Notes under the pieces: model-generated
What the model was told of the DNA's origin: nothing
What the model saw: the letters and a program-made list of their open reading frames with translations, nothing else
Database searches by the model: none
Source: Prochloron sp. SP5CPC1
GTDB taxonomy: Bacteria > Cyanobacteriota > Cyanobacteriia > Cyanobacteriales > Prochloraceae
Direction: 5' to 3'
Assembly (NCBI GenBank): GCA_014323965.1
Contig: JACONB010000017.1
Location: 1 to 32,928, forward strand
DNA: 32,928 nt
Translations under genes and position numbers: made by a program
In this document: piece after piece, positions 8,741 through 16,944 of the stretch
How positions within the stretch are numbered: position 1 is the first letter of the stretch
How the letters are laid out: each line of letters begins with the position of its first letter

Positions 8741-9166
8741 ATGAGTAAGGGAAATCTGAGAGACGTCATTGTCAATAGGTTGAAATCCAAGGGCTTGAGA
8801 GTAACGCCCCAGCGGTTTGCTGTTTATGCCAATCTCTGCTCCCGCAGGGATCACCCCACAGTGGAGCAAATTCTTAAGGATCTGAATCAGGATTTTCCCA
8901 TCTCTTCTCAAGCGACGGTTTATACTTCCCTCCAAGCACTGCGCAAAGTTGGCTTAGTGAAAGAAGTGTTGTTAGAAGAGGGGGTATCCCGTTACGATGC
9001 CAACGTAGAACCCCACCATCACTTCCACTGTCGTCAGTGCGGTAGCATAAAAGATGTACCTTGGGATACCTTTGATAGTTTTAACCTGGAACGGTTACCC
9101 TATTTAGCAGAGAGCTATGAAGTGACGATTCGGGGTTTGTGCGATCGCTGTACAGGAAATAATTAA
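8741..9166 (+). CDS. perR: Fur family transcriptional regulator, PerR-like
   Basis: LRVTPQR...HPTVEQI winged-helix region, HHHFHCRQCG and CDRC (two CxxC zinc-site pairs). ATG at 8741; the GTG at 8729 is the ORF-track alternative. Confidence 0.8.
   Translation: MSKGNLRDVIVNRLKSKGLRVTPQRFAVYANLCSRRDHPTVEQILKDLNQDFPISSQATVYTSLQALRKVGLVKEVLLEEGVSRYDANVEPHHHFHCRQCGSIKDVPWDTFDSFNLERLPYLAESYEVTIRGLCDRCTGNN
9141..9148. repeat. HIP1 octamer GCGATCGC
   Basis: Exact match. Confidence 0.95.
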
Positions 9167-9201
9167 TCGAATATAATCTTGACAAGAAAAGAGTAGTAGC
9201 A

Positions 9202-9468
9202 ATGAATGTATCCCTAGCCCCTGAACTTGAACAGTTTGTGAATGCAAAAATCTCCAGCGGTTTGTATCGCGATGCTAGCGAAGTCATCAGCACCGCACTG
9301 CACATGATGAACGAGCAGGAGCATTTTACCCACCTTGAACAAGATTGGTTACGTTCGGAAATTGACATCGGCTGGCAAGAGGCAGAACTTGGTATATTTG
9401 TTGAGTGTACCCCAGAAACTATTATGGCCAAGGCCAGCTCCCTGGACTTGGTGCAAACTGATGAGTAA
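9202..9468 (+). CDS. parD: type II toxin-antitoxin system ParD family antitoxin
   Basis: MNVSLAPELEQFVNAKISSGLYRDASEVISTAL is the canonical ParD/COG3609 N-terminus. It overlaps the toxin start by 8 nt. Confidence 0.8.
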   Translation: MNVSLAPELEQFVNAKISSGLYRDASEVISTALHMMNEQEHFTHLEQDWLRSEIDIGWQEAELGIFVECTPETIMAKASSLDLVQTDE

Positions 9469-9766
9469 GTATTCCTTGACACGACAGGCAGAGGCCGATA
9501 TGGTCGGTATTGCCCGCTATACCCGACGGCAATGGAATGAAACCCAGGAGGAAAAATATATTCAAGAACTTTTCGAGGCTTTAGCTCAAATTGCCAACAA
9601 TCCAGGAATAGGCCGCCAGTATAATAAATTAAAACCGGGACTGCGGATTAAAACGTACAAGAAGTTGCATTATATTTGTTATCGTGTGATGGAGGATCAA
9701 GTTGAGATTCTAAGGATATTACACGCAAAACAAAATATACAGCAGCAGATTGCAAAACTCCGCTAA
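9461..9766 (+). CDS. parE: type II toxin-antitoxin system RelE/ParE family toxin
   Basis: MSKYSLTRQAEADMVGIARYT...NPGIGRQ...KKLHYICYRV..DQVEILRILHAKQN is ParE-like. The ATG at 9461 overlaps the parD stop; the ORF-track start at 9335 lies inside parD. Confidence 0.8.
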   Translation: MSKYSLTRQAEADMVGIARYTRRQWNETQEEKYIQELFEALAQIANNPGIGRQYNKLKPGLRIKTYKKLHYICYRVMEDQVEILRILHAKQNIQQQIAKLR

Positions 9767-9777
9767 GAAGCTCTGAT

Positions 9778-10440
9778 TCATTGTTTTTGCATTTTCATCG
9801 ACTTCTTCATTGTTGACAAAAAAGCTTTAATTGCCTCGGGACTAGGTTCAGTTTTCTGCCATGCAGAACGTTGGCTAAGACGATGGCACCAACCTTGCAG
9901 TTGGGGATACTCCTCCAGGGTAATACCCAGACTGGGTAACCGGGTAACTACAGTTCCAGCCACAATATCTCCCAGTGAAACAGAATTGCTGCCAAAATAA
10001 GGGTTATCTCCTAAATGACTCTCAAAAAATGCCAATACAGTAGCTATCTTTTGCCGTGACTGTTCCAGCCTTTCTTCGGAATGTTCCCCAATACCCATTA
10101 CTTGTTGAATTAGGGGCATTATTCCTGGAACCAGTTCGTTAACTGTTATCATTTCTACCATGCGCACCACCGCTAAATTTTGAGGTTCTCGCGGTAACAG
10201 TGCTGGTTCTGGATATTTGGCCTCCAAATAATCTAAAATTGCCAGAGACTCCACTACCTTAAAGTCATCATCTACCAAAACAGGGACGTGATGAAAGGGG
10301 TTGATAGCCAGAAAATCGGGCTGCATTTGCTCCCCATCTAATTTGAAGCGAATTTCCTCAAATTCAATTTCTTTTTCTAAGAGTGTAATCCAGACGCGAC
10401 GAGTATTCCAGGAAATAGCGTGATTGTAAAATTTTAACAT
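9778..10440 (-). CDS. glutathione S-transferase
   Basis: MLKFYNHAISWNTRRVWITLLEKEIEFEEI...HVPVLVDDDFKVVESLAILDYLE (GST N-terminal thioredoxin-like fold with the ES motif). Start taken at the ATG at 10440. Confidence 0.8.
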   Translation of the reverse strand: MLKFYNHAISWNTRRVWITLLEKEIEFEEIRFKLDGEQMQPDFLAINPFHHVPVLVDDDFKVVESLAILDYLEAKYPEPALLPREPQNLAVVRMVEMITVNELVPGIMPLIQQVMGIGEHSEERLEQSRQKIATVLAFFESHLGDNPYFGSNSVSLGDIVAGTVVTRLPSLGITLEEYPQLQGWCHRLSQRSAWQKTEPSPEAIKAFLSTMKKSMKMQKQ

Positions 10441-10485
10441 TTTGCATTTGTTGTTGTTTAACCCATTATACATTATAATAGAGAA

Positions 10486-11328
10486 ATGAACCAATTACCT
10501 TTTGTGCAAGTTGATGTTTTCACGTCCCGTCCTTTTCGCGGTAACCCCCTGGCTGTAATTCTAAATGCAGACAGACTTACTCAAGAGGAAATGCAGGGTA
10601 TTGCTCACTGGACAAACCTTTCCGAAACTGCCTTTATCTGTTCCTCTACCATAGCTGACTATCGCTTAAGAATTTTCACTCCCGAACGAGAATTACCCTT
10701 TGCAGGACATCCTACCATTGGTTCCGCTCACGCTGTCAGGGAAGGAGGTATTCTGAGTAAGAAGAGGACAGATTTTACTCAGGAGTGTGGTGCGGGAGTG
10801 ATACCTTTGAGAGTAGATAAAGAAGGGAATATTTACGCTCGCGTTCCAAGACCTAAGCTACTGGATATTCAAATTGAACTGAAAGAGCTAAGTCAAGCTA
10901 TCCCTGCTAACAATATTATAGAACCCATATCCATTGACGTTGGACCTATTTGGTTAGTTGCTCGTCTCGAAACACCAGAATTAGTAAATTCACTTCAGGT
11001 TAATTTTTCTGAATTAACAACCTTGAGTAATGCAGCTGGTATTGTAGGAGTTACTGTCTATGGTTTTAACCAAGATGGTACAATACAAGTGCGTTCCTTT
11101 GCCCCAGTTTTAGGAGTGAACGAAGATCCAGTCTGCGGTAGCGGAAATGCAGCAGTAGCAGCCCATATTAAAGCCACAAACCAGAGAGAATATGTAGGAG
11201 ACACCTATACAGCATATCAAGGAGAAGCTTTGGGAAGAAATGGTAAAGTGAAAGTGTGTTTTGAAGGAGATGACATTCTTATTGGTGGCACAGCAATTAC
11301 TGTCATTAATGGTAACATTTCCCCATAA
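10486..11328 (+). CDS. PhzF family isomerase
   Basis: FVQVDVFTSRPFRGNPLAVIL...ETAFI...RIFTPERELPFAGHPTIGSAH...EDPVCGSGNAAVAA is the PhzF-family signature. Confidence 0.85.
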   Translation: MNQLPFVQVDVFTSRPFRGNPLAVILNADRLTQEEMQGIAHWTNLSETAFICSSTIADYRLRIFTPERELPFAGHPTIGSAHAVREGGILSKKRTDFTQECGAGVIPLRVDKEGNIYARVPRPKLLDIQIELKELSQAIPANNIIEPISIDVGPIWLVARLETPELVNSLQVNFSELTTLSNAAGIVGVTVYGFNQDGTIQVRSFAPVLGVNEDPVCGSGNAAVAAHIKATNQREYVGDTYTAYQGEALGRNGKVKVCFEGDDILIGGTAITVINGNISP

Positions 11329-11347
11329 CCCCTATCTCTTCTACTCT

Positions 11348-11377
11348 CTCCGCGCCTCTGTGCCTCTGCGTGAAACA
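11348..11377 (-). repeat. orphan copy of the (CAGAGGCR)n / GTTTCAC leader repeat
   Basis: ctccgcgcctctgtgcctctgcgtgaaaca is the reverse complement of the TGTTTCACGCAGAGGCACAGAGGCGCGGAG pattern seen upstream of other genes. Confidence 0.7.
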
Positions 11378-11393
11378 TCACCATTAAATAATC

Positions 11394-11663
11394 ATGAAAC
11401 TCATCTTATATAGCAAACCCGGTTGTCACCTCTGTGAAGGATTGGAAGAAAAATTAAGACAAATGGAAAACTTAGCCATAGAATTGGAGATAAGAGATAT
11501 AACCACAAGAGAGGATTGGTTTGCAGCCTATGAATACGAAGTGCCAGTATTAACCCTCCGGCATCGCGGATGGCGGAGGGGAGACAGGGAAGAAATCTTA
11601 CCTCGTCCCAACCCCCGCGCTTCTGTACTACTATTGGAACGAATGTTACAAAAATATGTGTAA
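11394..11663 (+). CDS. glutaredoxin-like protein (DUF836 family)
   Basis: MKLILYSKPGCHLCEGLEEKL...YEVPVL: CxxC in a thioredoxin-fold context. 89 aa. Confidence 0.75.
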   Translation: MKLILYSKPGCHLCEGLEEKLRQMENLAIELEIRDITTREDWFAAYEYEVPVLTLRHRGWRRGDREEILPRPNPRASVLLLERMLQKYV

Positions 11664-11704
11664 CAACATATATCAAGCTACAAACAGGTACCAGAGAGGT
11701 TTCC

Positions 11705-13189
11705 ATGAAGCTGCGCGAGTTATTGGTCAAAGTTGACACCATAGTCCAAATACCCGAACACCCCGCACTAGAAGTAGAAGCGCAAGGCATTCAAACTAAT
11801 TCCCAGGAATGCGGTCCAGGAGATTTATTTATCGGTATACCGGGAACCCGGGTAGACGGAGGGGAGTTTTGGCAAAGTGCCATGGCTAAAGGTGCGATCG
11901 CCGCCCTCATAACTCCCTCTTCAGCAGCTAAATGCCCCCCAAAACCAGATAGCTGCGTCATTCTCACCCCAGATCCCATAGCTACCTGTGCAGCAGTAGC
12001 AGGAGCGTTCTTCAATTATCCGGCCCAACAATTAAAATTAATCGGTGTTACGGGAACCAATGGTAAAACCACCACCACTCATTTAATCGAATTTTTCCTC
12101 ACTAATGCTCAATTACCAACAGCCCTCCTGGGAACTCTCTACACTCGTTGGCCTGGTTTTGCCCAAACTGCCCTCCACACTACCCCTTTCGCCCTCCAGT
12201 TGCAAGAACAGCTGGCAGCAGCTTTCAAAGCAGGTAGTGAATTTGCGGTCATGGAAGTCTCCTCCCACGCTTTAGCCCAAAGACGGGTACTGGGTTGTCC
12301 TTTTGAAGTGGGGGTCTTTACCAATTTAACTCAAGATCACCTAGACTACCATCACAATATGGAAGATTACTTCGCTGCTAAAGCCCAGTTATTCAGTCCA
12401 GAATATCTGAAAACCCGCGCTATAATTAATCAAGATGATCTCTATGGGAAGCGTTTACTGAAAAATCTCAGTAGAGATCAGGTTTGGAGTTATAGTATCA
12501 ACGACTCCAAGGCGGATCTCTGGACTTCTAACCTTATTTACGAACCCACGGGAGTAAAAGGAATATTGCACTCTCCTACAGGAGCCGCACCTTTTAGTTC
12601 CCCATTAGTAGGTCAATTCAATTTAGCTAATCTTTTGGCAGCGGTAGGAACTGTTTTGCATTTTGGGTTAGATTTAGAGTCTATATTAACCAACTTACCC
12701 AACTTTTCCGGCGTTCCTGGGAGAATGGAACGGGTGCAAATTAGTCCGAAACAGGATATTAGTGTGATTGTGGATTATGCCCATACCCCAGATAGTTTAG
12801 ATAATTTGCTCAGAGCATCCCGCCCCTTTATTTCGGGTAAAATGATATGCGTTTTTGGTTGTGGAGGGGATCGCGATCGCACCAAACGTCCTTTGATGGG
12901 TAAAATAGCAGCAGAATTAGCTGATATAGTGATAGTTACTTCCGATAACCCCCGCACGGAAGACCCAGAAAAGATATGGTCGGATATTGTAGCAGGAATT
13001 CCTCCAAATTACAAGCCCATAGTTCTAGGCGATCGCGCTACGGCCATTGAAACTGCTATTCGGAATGCAAAACCAGGAGACGGAGTCTTCATTGCGGGAA
13101 AAGGTCATGAAGATTACCAGATTTTGGGGACAGAAAAAATCCACTTTGATGATCGGGAACAAGCGCGAAATGCAATAGCTGCCAGATAG
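11705..13189 (+). CDS. murE: UDP-N-acetylmuramoyl-L-alanyl-D-glutamate--2,6-diaminopimelate ligase
   Basis: GVTGTNGKTTT P-loop, MEVSSHAL, TNLTQDHLDYH, DNPRTEDP and GKGHE motifs of Mur ligases/MurE. Start at the ATG at 11705 (MKLRELL). Confidence 0.9.
   Translation: MKLRELLVKVDTIVQIPEHPALEVEAQGIQTNSQECGPGDLFIGIPGTRVDGGEFWQSAMAKGAIAALITPSSAAKCPPKPDSCVILTPDPIATCAAVAGAFFNYPAQQLKLIGVTGTNGKTTTTHLIEFFLTNAQLPTALLGTLYTRWPGFAQTALHTTPFALQLQEQLAAAFKAGSEFAVMEVSSHALAQRRVLGCPFEVGVFTNLTQDHLDYHHNMEDYFAAKAQLFSPEYLKTRAIINQDDLYGKRLLKNLSRDQVWSYSINDSKADLWTSNLIYEPTGVKGILHSPTGAAPFSSPLVGQFNLANLLAAVGTVLHFGLDLESILTNLPNFSGVPGRMERVQISPKQDISVIVDYAHTPDSLDNLLRASRPFISGKMICVFGCGGDRDRTKRPLMGKIAAELADIVIVTSDNPRTEDPEKIWSDIVAGIPPNYKPIVLGDRATAIETAIRNAKPGDGVFIAGKGHEDYQILGTEKIHFDDREQARNAIAAR
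11894..11901. repeat. HIP1 octamer GCGATCGC
   Basis: Exact match. Confidence 0.95.
12873..12880. repeat. HIP1 octamer GCGATCGC
   Basis: Exact match, within GGATCGCGATCGC. Confidence 0.95.
13029..13036. repeat. HIP1 octamer GCGATCGC
   Basis: Exact match. Confidence 0.95.
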
Positions 13190-13192
13190 TAG

Positions 13193-13209
13193 GGTGGGCA
13201 TTGCCCACC
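13193..13209 (+). terminator. GGTGGGCA-T-TGCCCACC palindrome just after the murE stop (terminator-like small palindromic repeat)
   Basis: Read directly. No strong T-tract follows it. Confidence 0.3.
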
Positions 13210-13283
13210 AATTTCCTGTATCTGATGTCTTTTAGTATATAATAAAGGTTATCCTTGATAATCAACATAAATTGTAACATATA

Positions 13284-14120
13284 ATGCCTTTTGACAGTAC
13301 ATGCAAATTCATCGCCGAAAACTTCTCTGAAGATATAGCTACCTGGTTACTAGGAAAACCCGTTACTTTAACCAAGATAGAACCCTCAGAACTTTCCGTA
13401 GAACCGATTAGAGCCGATTCCTTAATCCTTCTCGAGTCCAAAAAACAAATATTGCACATAGAATTCCAGGTAGATCCAAAACTTGATGTTCCCTTTCGGG
13501 AAGCAGATTATCGCCTGCGATTACATCGAATTTTCCCGGATAAGTCAGTGTGTCAGATAGTGATCTATCTCAGAAAAATTAATTCACCTCTAGTATATCA
13601 AGATAAATTCCAGATAGATGGAATGTGTCATCGCTATGAAGTGATAAGATTATGGGAGTGTGACGTGGAACAATTTCTCCACTTACCAGGTTTGTTACCT
13701 TTTGCGGTGCTGAGTCGCACCAAAAATCCCAAGGAAACCCTTGCTACTGTTGCAAGCAAAATTGAGACTATTCCTGAAGAGAGAGAAAGGAGCAACATAG
13801 CTTCCTCCACAGCTGTTTTAGCTGGGTTATTATATTCTAAAGACGTCATTACCCAAATATTGAGGCAAGATATTATGAAAGAATCCACTATGTATCAAGC
13901 AATAAAGGCGGAAGGTTTCCAACAGGGAATGGAACGGGGAATGGAACGGGGAGAGCGATCGCTCCTACTTCGACAGCTCAACCGTCGTTTTGGGGTGGTA
14001 TCATCAGAGTTAATCTCTCAAATTGAGACTCTACCTTCGTCAAAACTAGAAGACTTGGGGGAAGCTTTGCTCGATTTTAGAGAAGAAGCTGATTTATACT
14101 CCTGGTTCCAGTCTCATTAA
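13284..14120 (+). CDS. Rpn family recombination-promoting nuclease / putative transposase with DUF4351 C-terminus
   Basis: FDSTCKFIAENFSEDIATWLLGKP...SELSVEPIRADSLILL...HIEFQ...DYRLRL and the C-terminal ...LLLRQLNRRFG..S.ELISQIETLPSSKLEDLGEALLDF pattern. Confidence 0.75.
   Translation: MPFDSTCKFIAENFSEDIATWLLGKPVTLTKIEPSELSVEPIRADSLILLESKKQILHIEFQVDPKLDVPFREADYRLRLHRIFPDKSVCQIVIYLRKINSPLVYQDKFQIDGMCHRYEVIRLWECDVEQFLHLPGLLPFAVLSRTKNPKETLATVASKIETIPEERERSNIASSTAVLAGLLYSKDVITQILRQDIMKESTMYQAIKAEGFQQGMERGMERGERSLLLRQLNRRFGVVSSELISQIETLPSSKLEDLGEALLDFREEADLYSWFQSH
13955..13962. repeat. HIP1 octamer GCGATCGC
   Basis: Exact match. Confidence 0.95.
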
Positions 14121-14136
14121 CACGTACCTTAATACC

Positions 14137-14214
14137 GTAGGTTGGGTAGAGCGCAAGGGTTACCCAACATATATTGGTTGGTTTTGTTGGGTTTCGTTCC
14201 CCAACCCAATCTAC
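14137..14214. repeat. MITE-like palindromic element built from GTTGGG...CCCAAC hairpins
   Basis: Termini GTAGGTTGGGT and ACCCAATCTAC are inverted with 1 mismatch. Two internal hairpins are present (GTTGGGTA...TACCCAAC and GTTGGG...CCCAAC). It translates to the LGFVPQPNL-type pseudo-peptide common to this repeat class. Confidence 0.6.
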
Positions 14215-14235
14215 AGTTTTATGATTATCATTTTT

Positions 14236-15618
14236 TTACCGATAATCATAATAGTCTGTGCACTCGTTTTCATCTAATCTATGTACATATTCATATGCGT
14301 CAAATAGTAATTCAAAATGTTGGATAAAGCTATTTGGGCAGGGTAGGTGTCCTTGTGATGCATTAATGTCGAACACGAGGTCTTTGTAGTCTATCCACCC
14401 CCACCACCGCCTCCATCCAACAGCTACGCCCAACTTTATCGCTATTTCATAATCCCACTCCCAGATTTCACCCAAACTTTCCCAGGTTCCACCCAAACTT
14501 TCCCAGATACGCCTCTGAACACTAAAACCGAAGCGCCCAGAGGAATATTTCACCCACAACTGGTCTATAGTGCTCAAGTCGGTTGTAAAGTCGGTTAGAA
14601 GCACGTATTCAATCAACGAATCATATTCCTCTGGGTCAGCAGCACGTAACATGACTAGGACCAGATCTGTTTCCTCGTTCGCCTCCTTCCACTTCCCCGC
14701 TGCTAATAAATCCCTCAACTTAGTATAATCCACCCCCACTTCTGTCAGAAGAGGAACATCTTTAGGAAACAAATCCAACCACGCTTTCACAGAAGATGGA
14801 CGTTTTTGAGGTGACAAAGTCATCCCTTGAATAATAGCTTCCTCCAACTGGCTACTTATTTCGGGATTATATTTAGTAGGAAGTTTGAGTTTACGCCCAG
14901 AATACTTACGCGCTAAGGAAGGAGTAGGAGTTTTAGCTGTCACCAAATAATACAAAGACGCTGCGAGAGTATAAACGTCAATAGTAGGAGCGAGGAGCAA
15001 CTCCCTCAAATTTACCTCATCCTCATCCTCATCCTCCTCATCTTGTTCCCCTAAAATCTGTTCCCAGGAAGCAAAAGCAATGTTTGCTGCGTGACTCATA
15101 CTTTGGGTTCCCACATTTTTAGCAATACCAAAATCAATCAAAACAACGTTCCCATTATCTTCCCGGAGCATCATATTCCCTGGATGAGCATCCCGATGAA
15201 TAATCCCTGCTTCATGACAAACAGTTAAAGCGGAACAAATTTGCTTAATATACTCCACCGCCTTCTCTTCAGACAACTTCCCCTTTTCCTGCACCAGATT
15301 ATATAAACTATCCCCCGGAATATAATCCATGACGAGACAAGGTAAATCCCCTTCCGTGAAAAAGTCCGTTATCCTCACGATATGACTATGAGGTACTTGA
15401 CTTAATTGAGCCAGACGTCGCCCTTCCTTCTTAAACCGCTCCAAATACTTCTGATAATTCCCATCATGTTGAAGCTTTGCATTAGGAGTTTTCAAAACAA
15501 CATAGTACTCCAATTCCAAGTGCCATGCTTTATAGGTAGAGCCGAAACCCCCAGTACCCAACTCCTTTTTAATTTCATAGGGACGATTTTTCAACCTATC
15601 CCCTGCTCTAAACACCAT
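14236..15618 (-). CDS. Ser/Thr protein kinase with C-terminal GUN4-like domain
   Basis: GTGGFGSTY glycine loop, VVLK, HRDAHPGN catalytic loop and DFGIAK. The C-terminus YTKLRDLLAAGKWKEAN...IDQLWVKYSSGRFGFSVQRRIW is GUN4-like. ATG at 15618 follows a GGAG-rich stretch. Confidence 0.85.
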   Translation of the reverse strand: MVFRAGDRLKNRPYEIKKELGTGGFGSTYKAWHLELEYYVVLKTPNAKLQHDGNYQKYLERFKKEGRRLAQLSQVPHSHIVRITDFFTEGDLPCLVMDYIPGDSLYNLVQEKGKLSEEKAVEYIKQICSALTVCHEAGIIHRDAHPGNMMLREDNGNVVLIDFGIAKNVGTQSMSHAANIAFASWEQILGEQDEEDEDEDEVNLRELLLAPTIDVYTLAASLYYLVTAKTPTPSLARKYSGRKLKLPTKYNPEISSQLEEAIIQGMTLSPQKRPSSVKAWLDLFPKDVPLLTEVGVDYTKLRDLLAAGKWKEANEETDLVLVMLRAADPEEYDSLIEYVLLTDFTTDLSTIDQLWVKYSSGRFGFSVQRRIWESLGGTWESLGEIWEWDYEIAIKLGVAVGWRRWWGWIDYKDLVFDINASQGHLPCPNSFIQHFELLFDAYEYVHRLDENECTDYYDYR

Positions 15619-15698
15619 TTTGTCTCCTTTTCTCCTCCCTCTGTGTCTCTGCGCCTCTGGGCGAAACACAATCAAAAAATTGCCACAAATCTAGTATA
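15619..15698 (-). promoter_or_regulatory. -10 box (TATACT) plus conserved leader with (CAGAGGCR)n octamers upstream of the kinase gene
   Basis: Minus-strand reading is TATACT-AGATTTGTGGCAATTTTTTGATTGTGTTTCGCC-CAGAGGCGCAGAGACACAGAGGGAGGAG...ATG. It is near-identical to 26234-26307. Confidence 0.55.
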
Positions 15699-15794
15699 CC
15701 ATGATAATAAAATAAAAACCCCGCCTTTGCGCTGGAGCGAGTCTTCGAGCGGCTACTTGGCGCGAAACAATACCCATGGTGGGCATCGCTCACT

Positions 15795-16772
15795 CTACGA
15801 AGCAGGTAATAAATCTTTAGAAGCCAACCAATCCCGATTAAACAACCGAGACTGATACCTCCCTCCACTATCACACAATATAGTAACAATTGTGTGACCA
15901 GGACCCATTTTCTTCGCCAAAGCCACCGCTGCGCCTACATTAATACCTGTAGAACCTCCGAGAAAGAGTCCGTCTTTTTTTAGTAACTGATAAACCACCC
16001 CCACGCATAACTTATCATCTATCTGAATAGCGTCGTCTATAGGAACATCTTCCATATTAGCCGTAATGCGACTATTGCCAATTCCTTCTGTAATGGACTT
16101 CCCTTCAGATTTCAATGTGCCAGTTTTAACGTAACTATACAATGCACTACCCATGGGATCAGCGACAACGCATTTAATAGCTGGATTTTTCTCCTTCAAA
16201 AACAAGGATACCCCAGCAAAAGTACCCCCCGTACCAGTAGAAGTTACCCAACCATCAATTTTATCCTCTGTCTGCTGCCAAATTTCCGCACCAGTTGTCT
16301 CGTAATGTGCTCTCCGATTAGCTAAATTATCAAACTGGTTCGCCCAAATAGCATTTTCCATTTCTTCAGCCAAACGCCCGGAAACTTTCACATAGTTGTT
16401 GGGGTTCTTATAAGGTACCGCTGGTACAGTGCGAACTTCGGCTCCTAAAGTTCTCAATGCATCCATTTTCTCCTGAGATTGGGTTTCCGGGATAATAATT
16501 AGACATTTATAACCCAAGGCATTGCAAATGTGAGCCAGTCCAATTCCTGTATTTCCAGCAGTTCCCTCCACTACCGTACCACCGGGTTTTAGCAAACCCT
16601 TCTTTTCTGCATCAGCTATCATGTACAAAGCAGCCCTATCTTTCACCGAACCACCGGGATTGAGAAATTCTGCCTTACCCAAAATTTCACAGCCTGTTTC
16701 TTCACTAAAACTATTCAAACGAATTAAAGGTGTATTGCCAATGGTACCAATAAAACCGTCTTTAATATTCAT
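15795..16772 (-). CDS. cysK: cysteine synthase (O-acetylserine sulfhydrylase) family PLP enzyme
   Basis: [20 protein letters not shown] (PLP lysine), [11 protein letters not shown] and TGTGGT motifs. 325 aa. Confidence 0.8.
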   Translation of the reverse strand: MNIKDGFIGTIGNTPLIRLNSFSEETGCEILGKAEFLNPGGSVKDRAALYMIADAEKKGLLKPGGTVVEGTAGNTGIGLAHICNALGYKCLIIIPETQSQEKMDALRTLGAEVRTVPAVPYKNPNNYVKVSGRLAEEMENAIWANQFDNLANRRAHYETTGAEIWQQTEDKIDGWVTSTGTGGTFAGVSLFLKEKNPAIKCVVADPMGSALYSYVKTGTLKSEGKSITEGIGNSRITANMEDVPIDDAIQIDDKLCVGVVYQLLKKDGLFLGGSTGINVGAAVALAKKMGPGHTIVTILCDSGGRYQSRLFNRDWLASKDLLPAS

Positions 16773-16773
16773 T

Positions 16774-16800
16774 TATCTATATTTATATATCTATATTTAT
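16774..16800 (-). repeat. tandem 13-mer TATCTATATTTAT x2 abutting the cysK start codon
   Basis: Copies at 16774-16786 and 16788-16800, read directly. The first copy is 1 nt from the ATG. Confidence 0.7.
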
Positions 16801-16891
16801 CATCAACAAGCCAGCTTGTTTAGGAGTAGGGGAGCTGGTGAGTTGGTAAGGGTGTAATGCAGGTGGGAGATATTGTAGTTAAAATACTCCT

Positions 16892-16940
16892 ATCACCCGG
16901 TTTCACCCCATCACTCCATCACCCTATCCCCCTATCACCC
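16892..16940. repeat. cluster of ATCAC(C/T)C heptamers (GGGTGAT on the minus strand)
   Basis: Copies at 16892, 16910, 16918 and 16934, plus TTCACCC at 16902. They face a G/T-rich stretch (16826-16872) that is partly complementary. Confidence 0.5.
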
Positions 16941-16944
16941 GACA

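Noticed and set aside
11570-11704. Long upstream starts given by the ORF track: murE 11570, parE 9335, GST 10494, rimO 21897, Uma2 5114, perR 8729.
   Set aside because: The extensions overlap neighbouring genes or lack homology to the families. Internal ATGs coincide with the conserved N-termini.
11401-11790. 129-aa minus-strand ORF.
   Set aside because: It is antisense to the Grx-like gene and the murE start, and has no motif support.
15619-15675. N-terminal extensions MIVFRPEAQRHRGRRKGDK (kinase) and MIVFRPHKGAKRRGGEK (26257-26307) suggested by the ORF track.
   Set aside because: They start at TTG inside the conserved leader repeat and translate the octamer array. In both genes a GGAG-rich stretch followed by an ATG (MVFRAGDRL) is the better start.
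16774-16800. Tandem repeats as a possible CRISPR array. Other short tandem repeats such as GGAATGGAACGG x2 at 13926-13949 were also checked.
   Set aside because: There are only two adjacent copies with no spacers, far shorter than CRISPR repeats, and no cas genes are present.
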